In this document: positions 52,346 to 64,000 of the stretch, piece after piece
Numbering within the stretch: the first letter of the stretch is position 1
How the letters are laid out: each line of letters opens with the position of its first letter
Assembly (NCBI RefSeq): GCF_009914755.1
Contig: NC_060932.1
Strand: one strand, 5' to 3'
DNA length: 64,000 nucleotides
DNA from: the human T2T-CHM13v2.0 reference genome, Homo sapiens
Translations under genes and position numbers: made by a program
The notes under the pieces: model-generated
Databases searched by the model: none
Told to the model about the DNA's origin: nothing
The model's input: only the letters and a program-made list of their open reading frames with translations

Positions 52346-53917
52346 TAATGTCCATTTCTTACTTGAACCTTGTATTTCTCACTTTATCCCAAAATGAGTG
52401 CAAAACAGCATCAAAATTAACCTATGGACAGAAAATTTTGGTCTTGTGCCTTATTAACTCTTTCTATAATCGTTTGAAATGGAATTGCTTTGGCTTCAGA
52501 TATCTGATCCCCAGGAAGTTTTCTCCCTCATATGTCCTTAATAAACTAGAGTTAACTAGAAGCCTCATAATGGATAGGGAACATTTGCTGAGTATGTAGA
52601 CACTACTCAGGGATTCAAGGGTTTCACCTCTAAGGAGCTTTCCTTGGCCATGAGTCCAACATGGCACTAGAGGCAGTGCACACAGGGCTATGCACTTTGG
52701 CCTGACACTGACAATTGAAGGCCAGGATTTCACTAGTGCTCTGGAGTGCACATTGAGCTTAGCTTCCTTGCACTTGAACAGTTTTAAATATGTTTTTGAC
52801 CACCATTGCCCATGAAGCTTTAAAAAAGTCTTTCTCATATTTTTGAATCTTTGCCTTACCTTTCCTTTTTAAGAAGAGATATGCCTGCATATTCAGCTAC
52901 AATGGCCTGCACCCTGAGGCTGTCACCTTGGCAGAGGCCTGCAGATATGGACCTTTTACAAGGTCAGCATGGGTTGGGAAAATGAATGCTTGCTGCCTAT
53001 AGTCTAATATTTGCCACAGCTGCATCTCTACTTTTCCACACATGAATTTGCCAGGGTCACTCATAGACTTTCCCAGATTTTGAGAACCTTTGCTTAAGTC
53101 TTGACTTTTGCTTAGATTATTGTCTCTCTATAAGAATCCTCTTGCCTCAGGAAGAAAAATCACCACAAATTACAGTCACCCTCCAAACTATAAATAAAGC
53201 ATGCTGGCTTAAAGCTTCTTGCCCAGCTGCAGCATTTAAAAGCTTGGACTGATAAAAGCTCCCCAATTAAACAGTCAGGCCCCAAATGCTCTGCCATCAC
53301 AAAGCCCAAGGTTTGCAGCCAACACTGCCTAGACACTCCAAAAGCTTCTCTTTGTGAAATTGTGTTCATTCAATTTCTACTGTTTTACTTATTCATTCCT
53401 CAATGTTCTCTATGTGCAAGATATGCCTCTTGGAGGAGGCATATTAAGCACCTCTCTTTTTCATCTGGTATCTGAATAATTTTGGCAAATGGAGGCCACC
53501 TTTTTGCTTGGTATGAAAACCAAATGGGCCTGTTTAATGGACTCCAGAATTGGGTAGATTTATCTACCTGGCCTTTGGTAGTCCTCAGCATGGGCAATGT
53601 AAGATATTAGGCACCAAAGCAAGCCCAAGTGATTCTCAATTTCACAATCAGATCAGTCACTCCAACTACCCAGGACAGAGTAAATACAAGAATGGGGAAA
53701 AGCCAGAAATATCTCTGGAGAAAATGTTATTTTCTGAAACCATATGATTGCAGAAACGTGTTCCCTCTGATTCATTATTCAGAAACCTTTTTATATATTA
53801 ATTCAAGCTTTTCTCTATGTACACACACTTTTTAACTAATCAATGATACATGTATGTTTTCATTTTACAAAACAAAATTGTAGTTATGAACTTCTCATAA
53901 AAATGGTATCAAACTGG

Positions 53918-54255
<338 letters not shown>

Positions 54256-55125
54256 TTAGAAGCATATTATAGATTTTATTCCATGTAATTTCGTAGAGGT
54301 CTACAACCTTCTTTTTAATATTTACTTTATAGTATATGATATAGGGAAACTATAACTTATTTCAGCATTTTCCCAAGTAAGTTCTTTTAGTTGTCTTCAA
54401 GTTTCTGCTATTAAATGTACACTTAATACACATATGCACATATACATATTTTGGAAATATAGATACATAAATTGGAAATATTATATTAATCTATGTAAAC
54501 TTATACATACTTTCACCTTCCAGAATTTTTGTTCTAATTAGTACGTACCCAAAGCCTGTGTGAGATTCCCCTTCTTCCATACCATCAGTGATACTGAATA
54601 TCTTCAAGTACTTGGAATTTAAATAGAATTTAACTGGTGAGAGTCTTTAAAAAATGTTTTTGTAAATTTCATAATTATCATTAACTTGTAGGCAACACTC
54701 GGAATTCATGTTAATTATTCTTTCATACCTACTTTACAAAATATACACAATAGCTTTTATCTTTCCTGTACTAATTTTGGCTTCCTTATGTAATATTTTC
54801 TGCCACAATGTTTAAAGCCCAATTTGCATCAAATAGCAAATGCAATAAAACATTATCATCTGTTTTACTGTGAAGTTCCCAAAGTCTACCAGCAATAAAT
54901 ACAGACATCAAGATATTAACGTGCTTTTTTTCTTTGTCTATAAGTTGGGTCTAAAATGTTTAAGTCAATAAAATTAATTATAATAATATAGTTATGCAAA
55001 TATCGTGCAGAGCCAAAGGGGGTGATTGACCTAAAGAGAAATAAATGTTACCATATGCTGCTAAATAAACCATGTGTTTCTCAATTGAGTGTTACAACTC
55101 TTAAGAATTTGTTAAATTTCTATAA

Positions 55126-55478
<353 letters not shown>

Positions 55479-55499
55479 ACAATTTCTTATCTCATGTCA

Positions 55500-56550
<1,051 letters not shown>

Positions 56551-57097
56551 AATGGCTAGCTAACCCCCCCACCCCCGCTGCACCATCCCGCAACACAACT
56601 TTTTTTAAGTATAATATGCTGGAATTTCTTTTACAGTTGCAAAGGTCTCTTTCCCTTACAGATTCCTTCTTTGATCGAAAGATCCAATTTGAAACTCTAA
56701 GTGGATGGAATTTGTCCATAGACATATTTAATTTTAGGGAAATCAGGTAGGCAAGCAGGTAAAGGAATAATTTGGTAAAATAATAGGCTTTTCTCTGGGA
56801 ATGGAGCATTTTAATGAAATTCTCTTTGGATGAGATCTACCTTCATATTTTTTCTCCATATCTTTGTCATTTGTTAAGAGTTAAACTTTTTACACTCTTT
56901 CCTGCTTCTGTTCTAGACCTCCATACCCATTCTGGAAGTCTTCGCCATTCAAATTGTTCATTTTCTATGGAGAGCAATTTCTTTGGAAGCGTTATCGTGG
57001 AAAACCAACTTTCTTCTTATACTGAATACTTTAAATAGCATTAGGAAAACAACATGCTCAAGTGCTCTAAGAAGAAATTCCCTCACTACTTACTCTG

Positions 57098-57583
57098 TGT
57101 ATTAGTCATGGTTCTCTATAGGGACAGAACTAATAGGATGGATGGATAGATGGATGGATGGATAGATAGACAGAGACAGATAGATAGATAGATAGATAGG
57201 GGAGTTTATTAAGAATTAACCTTCATGATCAGAAGGTCTCACAATAGGCTGTCTGCAAGCTGAGGAGCAAGGAGAGCCAGTCGGAGTCCCAAAACTGAAG
57301 AACTTGAAGTCCAATATTTGAGGGCAAGAAGCATCCAGCACAGGAGAAAGATGTAGGCTGGGAGGATAGGCCAGTCTCCCCTTGTCATGTTTTTCTGCCT
57401 GCTTTATTTACATTCACTGGCAGCTGATTAGATTGTGCCCACCAGATTAAGGGTTGACCTGCCTTCCCCAGCCCACTAACTCAAATGTTAATCTCTTTTG
57501 GCAACACCCTCACAGACACACCCAGGATCAATACTTTGTATCCCTCAATCCAATCAAGTTGACACTCAATATTAACTGTCACA
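57098..57583 (-). mobile_element. MLT2A (HERV-L) solo LTR with an internal (GGAT/GATA)n repeat
   Basis: 'tgtattagtc...gtctgcaagctgaggagcaagg...caatcaagttgacactcaatattaactgtcaca'; perfect TSD ctctg. Confidence 0.95.
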
Positions 57584-58571
57584 CTCTGGTAACTGTCTGA
57601 CCTTCCTCCACATTCTTTTTACTGGTCACATCTGGTCACTGGTGGAAAAAATACAAAAGCAAAGCTAGTTCTCATCTTAGGTGCTTTGGGTTGAGATTAT
57701 TTCTGCTCTGTTTTTTAAAAATTTTATTCATTCTTCAACTGCTGGTTCCAAAGCCTTAACTTTTTTCTCCCAATATATATTTGATCAAGTAGTAAATTCT
57801 ATGGGCTCTACCTTCACAATATATCCAGAATCTACCTACATTCATTGTTATTAATTTGTACCCCTGGTGTTCGGCCAGTATCACCTTCTCCCAATCTATT
57901 TCAGCCAGTGACAATGAGGACATGCCTCAAAACTTTAATATCTAAGAATACCTCAGGATTGAGGTTTTCCAAGTTACAAATTACCCAGTTGAGACTAAGG
58001 ATTCTTACTGTTTCAATTTGATTTTATCTTCTTGGTTGACAGGTGAGTACTCAGAGAAAAATATGGCAATGTTATTTGCTAAAGCTTTCATTAAAAATAG
58101 TATAATGACATTATGTGTAAAAGGACTGTCAGTAAATCCTTCCAAAAATACAGGAGTATAAACCCACTGGAACTTCTATTCACTATTTTAAAGAGAGTAA
58201 AGACCGTATACCAGGAATCATGACACTAAAAATTTTATAAATGTTATATGTCCTAACATTTTTAACTTGTAAACAGTTGTCTTTTCCAACTGGTTTCCCA
58301 CACAATATCAGAGAGAGAAAACTCAAAGTATAATAAATATGTAATTAATGATTGTTTAAAATGTCTGTTCCATATGATATTACTCTGCTTCCAAGCCAAG
58401 GGAAGAAACTCCAGATCAATCACAAAAGGTTTTTTCACTGAACTTGGCCTAAGAATACCATTCTTACACAGCACATCAGACTGTAAATAATAGTTTGAGC
58501 CAATGTAGGTGAAGATACCTGCTGTCTACCCCTGACTTAAAGGCTCGCCATTGAGAGCAGCAATAAAGAGG

Positions 58572-58920
58572 TGTCTTAGTCTGTTTTTTTGCTGCTATAA
58601 CAGAATACCACAGATGGGATAATTTATTTCTTATGGTTCTGGGGGCTGGAAAGTCCAAGAGCATGGCAATGGCATCTGGTAAGTGTTATTCCATGGCAGA
58701 AAGTGAGAGACAGAAGCAAGCATGCAAGACAGAGAAAGGAAATTGGGCTGAACCCACTTTTATAACAAACCCAGTCTCATAATAGTTATCCACTTCCATG
58801 ATAACATCATTAATCAATTTATGAGGGCAGTACCCTCATTACCTACCCACCTCTTAAAGGTCCAATGTCAGTTAAATCTCAACATAAGTTTCAGAGGGGA
58901 CAACCATTCAAACCATAGCA
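58572..58920 (-). mobile_element. MaLR solo LTR (MLT1A/MSTD-like)
   Basis: 'tgtcttagtctg...gctgctataacagaataccacaga...cattcaaaccatagca'; TSD agagg/ggagg. Confidence 0.9.
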
Positions 58921-59289
58921 GGAGGCATTGATGAGGTTGGGGAAGGAATTTGTAGTGGCAGTATGCTATTACTCAGCAAGACATAAACATGGAGAGAAAA
59001 TTCCTAAGGTGTAGAATTCATGATAGCAGCTGCTAGAAGGAAAGGAAATCAGGCTGAGTGTCTGGAGTCTATGACAAAGAAAGTGAGAAAGATTATCATA
59101 AGGAGCTGAGCATCTGGGTCTGAACATGGGTAGAAGACATGGGCAGGAGAAAGTCATTTAGGACTGTATATTGTACTCAGTTTATGCCCCAACCTAAATC
59201 CATGCAATTATGCCTTTCCTCCCCACCCACCCTGACTGTAGCCAAGGCCACTTATCTTGCTTTCAGACTGAGCAAAACCTAACAAAGGT

Positions 59290-59770
59290 AGTGAATCCAA
59301 GTTGCTGCTGCTGCTGCAGTGAGTGTCCTCATGCACAGCTCTGACTTGTAAAGATTGCTGTGCCTACACATTGAACAAAAAAATCCCATGGGACTCTGGT
59401 TTTCATAGTGCCTGCCAGGAGTGATTGAGAAGTGTGGTTAAGGCCCCATGAAGTAGTCTTTGACTGATGGGAGATGAGAGACAGAAAGCAATCAGAAGAT
59501 ATATTATTCTTTCTTCCTCGCTGTATGCACAGTTATTCTGAAACAGTAATTTCTATAGCTTCTTTGAAAACATCTCACAAGACCAAGGAATCAGCTGCAC
59601 TTGTCACAAAGCAGTCAGTAGCTTGGTGTCACTCTCCTTGACTGTGTTCTTTTTCCTTCCTCACCCAAATTTTCCTTTCTCCTTTTTGCTTTCCTCCTAC
59701 TTCTGCATGATCACAGCCCCCAGAAAGCTTTTGTTTTGGATTGTTTTCTACATAAATCTGGCTGAGGCAG
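59290..59770 (+). mobile_element. Old ERVL LTR (LTR33/LTR67-like)
   Basis: 'tttgactgatgggagatgagag...' followed by a pyrimidine-rich tract and an LTR-like 3' end; family uncertain. Confidence 0.45.
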
Positions 59771-60759
59771 GCTGAAATGCATCTTGTTTATTTATGCAAC
59801 AAGCATGTTTTAAGCAGTCACTAGTTATAGACACAAAGTACCACCTCTGTAATCTACCGTGTAGGGTGTTGTGGAATTAAATGTGTCAACCTATGCAATA
59901 CGCCAGGCATAATGTCTGATACCAAGCATTATTTCAAAGAATGTAGAGCTAGCCATTTAGTTTGCTTTCTCCCCATTTTGTCTGTGACTACAGAAAAAAT
60001 AATAATAACTGGCACTATTATTTGGTGGTTGCGATCCTTGACCACCATTGGAAAAGAAAGGCCAAAAAGTGCCTATCAAAGTAAGCGCCATCTATGCTTG
60101 GCCTTTAGGCCAGACTGTCCTGATCATCAGTTTCTGGCCAGGCTGTTCATTACCAGAGATGAGCAAGTCTATTGCAAAAAAACTGGAGTGGTCATTTCTT
60201 TGTGATTTCTCCTGGAAACCCATTTTAAATGTCTCTTCTGAAGGAAATAGAAAAATGCTGTGGTATCCAAACAGTTAGCAAATGTCTGAGAGTTGCAGTT
60301 TGTGTCGGATACTCTGGTTTCTGGTCCATTTATAGTTGCCTTGTGGAGTTCCAAAACCTCAGAGGTAGCTGAGGAACTTTAACATCACCTTAACTCCATT
60401 TCAGGACTTGCCTATGGAAGATCTTTTTATTAGAATAGGCATCAAAAAATATCCAGAGTTCTTGCTCTGTGCATGGCAACCTACTCGACTCTGGAAATGG
60501 ACAATGACTTGGGGTCGTTCCCAACAAGATAAACTCCAGCATATATTCTGGTTGGGGAGACACATATGGAAGTAGACGGTATCAATGCAATGTGTAAGAC
60601 CTATGGGAACAATAGCAAAAGGAACTATGTAACTACTAAGGAATCAGAAGGAACATAAATGAATCATGTTATTCTGGTCTGACAGAAACCCCAAAAGGTC
60701 ACAATGATAGGAAGGCAAGCTTGTTTTCTTAGGTGAATCCCAAAGGGCTAATGGTACAT

Positions 60760-60965
60760 TATATATAATGGAAGAGACACAAGCTTTGATTTAGACACAC
60801 TTGAGTTTTAATCCCAAGTCTACTTTTTAACTGTGTGAATTTCATTATCACTTTATCTTTCTTATTTCTATATCTAAAAAATGGGCAAAATAGTACCCAC
60901 GAAATTTATATTTTGTGAGAACCATATAGAGACAAAGATATACTAAGCATGTGAGAAATAATAGT
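60760..60965 (+). mobile_element. MIR
   Basis: 'gctttgatttagacacacttgagttttaatcccaagtctact...atctaaaaaatgggcaaaatagtacc'. Confidence 0.65.
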
Positions 60966-61689
60966 AGCTTCCCGAGATTAGATGCTTTCTACCATTTTTG
61001 AGCTGCCCCGGGTAAAAATTCCCTTTCTCTAACACTGGTGTTCTCTATGAACTCTTACTCTTACTGAATCTTCCATCTAATCCCTTTCCCACCTTATAGG
61101 ATACCAATGCTACTCCTCTTCAAATAATCAAGTAACTGTTTCTAGATGTTTTGTTTTACCTCAGAGTGATCTAAATTCATGATTAGATTATGATGAAAGA
61201 AGGAACCCTCCCTCTAAAGACAGAGCCTCCTGACCCCACCAGGGAAGGAGTTAGGATGAGTGCTGGTTCTGCATCTTAAATTAAGTAAAAAAAAAATCTT
61301 AATCCCATTAAGATCAATCATCTTTTTCTAAATCTCTGTCTAACCTAAGAATTATTAAAATGTAATTTTGACCCTATTTCAAACGAATGAACAACTCTGG
61401 CCTTATTATATGAAGAGAGACAGGTCTCTCCCTGTCCTAGCTTATCATGTTATGTTTCCTAAGCTAATATGCAATATGTGACATGCCCATACTGTTTTTC
61501 TCATATGGAAACAGGTTGTATATTGCTGGCCTGTTTGTTTGTTTGCTTGTGGGTGTGGTTGAATAAAGAAAAGTTTGATTTTACAGTCCCGTATACTTGT
61601 TTTATACTATACTTGTTTTCAGCAAGTTCTACCTCTTGGGGTAAGGGCATTTGTAATGTTTTAATGATAGTATGATGTGATAGTGTGAG

Positions 61690-61880
61690 CTAGCATATAT
61701 AGAGCACCTTCTACTACACAAAGCCCTTTACACGCATACATTAACTCATTCATCCTTATAATGTCATCATGGGTTTGAAATGACATTGTTCACATTGTTT
61801 ATTAATGGTGAAAGAGTTTTAGAACAGATAAATGACTAACTCAAGATTACATAGCAAATAATGTCTAAGCTAGATTTCTG
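61690..61880 (-). mobile_element. MIR
   Basis: 'atatagagcaccttcta...cattaactcattcatccttataa...taaatgactaactcaagattacatagc'. Confidence 0.65.
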
Positions 61881-62347
61881 AATTCACCTAATAAGTTTCT
61901 GCCACATAATGGAGGACAAATAATTTTAATGCACTTAATTAAATTTAATCAAGTTTGTAATGGCAGTTAAATAATATCTGAGGTTCCTCTGAGATTTATC
62001 AGTTTAAGATTTGAACATTATTGCCCTCCTGCCTCACTTAGTAGTTTTTAAATCCATAAAAATATAAAGTTTCGGAAGTATTTTTCATTGTCTTGGTGGA
62101 AATTGGAGCTGAAACAGCAACTCTAACTTTGACAAATCGTTTGACACACAAATTTGAGAATAAGTGTTTATGGATCAAGTGAAGATCAACTTGGGACACT
62201 CTACTTGAATCTTGAACTTATTGTTTCCCAATACGGGGTGGTAGCTAATGGCTCTATATGTCGTCCTATCAGCTGTCATGAAGTTAAAAGGATCTTCTCT
62301 TACCTCTAACAAAGAGATACCTTTTTTATATGTGACCTGAAAATTCA

Positions 62348-62435
62348 TGCACACCAATCCTCTGCGACACACAATTTACCTGTATAATAATCCTGCACAT
62401 GTATCCCTGAACCGAAACTAAAGTTTTTTTAAAGA
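62348..62435 (+). mobile_element. Tiny old L1PA 3'-terminal fragment
   Basis: 'gacacacaatttacctgtataataatcctgcacatgtatccctgaac'. Confidence 0.75.
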
Positions 62436-62510
62436 TATAAATTAAAATATTTTATTTTATTTTTTTTTTGAAGTGCCAAGATTTTATTTGAATCTCTTTT
62501 GATGGAAATA

Positions 62511-62903
62511 TTTTCTTTCTTTTTTTAATTATTATTATACTTTAAGTTTTAGGGTACATGTGCACAATGTGCAGGTTAGTTACATATGTATACATGTGCC
62601 CTGGTGGTGCGCTGCACCCACTAACTCGTCATCTAGCATTAGGTATATCTCCCAATGCTATCCCTCCCCCCTCCCCCCACCCCACAACAGTCCCCAGAGT
62701 GTGATGTTCGCCTTCCTGTGTCCATGTGTTCTCATTGTTCAGTTCCCACCTATGAGTGAGAATATGCGGTGTTTGGTTTTTTGTTCTTGCGATAGTTTAC
62801 TGAGAAAGATGATTTCCAATTTCATCCATGTCCCTACAAAGGACGTGAACTCATCATTTTTTATGGCTGCATAGTATTCCATGGGGTATATGTGCCACAT
62901 TTC
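62511..62903 (-). mobile_element. Young L1 (L1PA3-like) 3' end, about 390 bp
   Basis: Near-consensus L1 3'UTR; sense reads 'gatgacgagttagt' and 'cctgcacattgtgcac'. Confidence 0.95.
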
Positions 62904-62929
62904 TTTTTTTTTTTCCCCAACTCATACTC

Positions 62930-64000
<1,071 letters not shown>

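Noticed and set aside
52207-52838. Overlapping 130-aa and 124-aa ORFs
   Set aside because: One starts within an LTR16 relic; no homology recognised; length compatible with chance
60075-60105. CTCF-like 'tagatggcgct' on the minus strand
   Set aside because: The 5' half of the motif mismatches

Overview
AT-rich, CpG-depleted primate genomic DNA (human or great-ape type: AluY, L1PA2/L1PA3-like, THE1, MLT2A). It is intronic or intergenic and dominated by interspersed repeats: 10 Alus, several L1s of different ages (including a near full-length ancient L1MC and two young L1PA copies at the right edge), MaLR/ERVL/ERV1 solo LTRs, MER2/MER58 DNA transposons, and many MIR/L2 relics. I recognise no host protein-coding exon; the ORF track is explained by Alu, L1, simple-repeat or chance ORFs. 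The most interesting signals are: (1) an 89-bp inverted copy of local unique DNA pasted into an MLT1 LTR; (2) a repeat-free muscle-type promoter/first-exon candidate at about 14.5-15.6 kb; (3) a CpG-retaining two-exon spliced ORF candidate at 26.7-27.0 kb; (4) several other local templated duplications; (5) L1 3' transductions and twin-priming inversions. Nothing here demonstrates a new biological system, and the regulatory and exon calls are hypotheses. Repeat subfamily names come from recalled consensus sequences, not a database search, and boundaries of old repeats are approximate.
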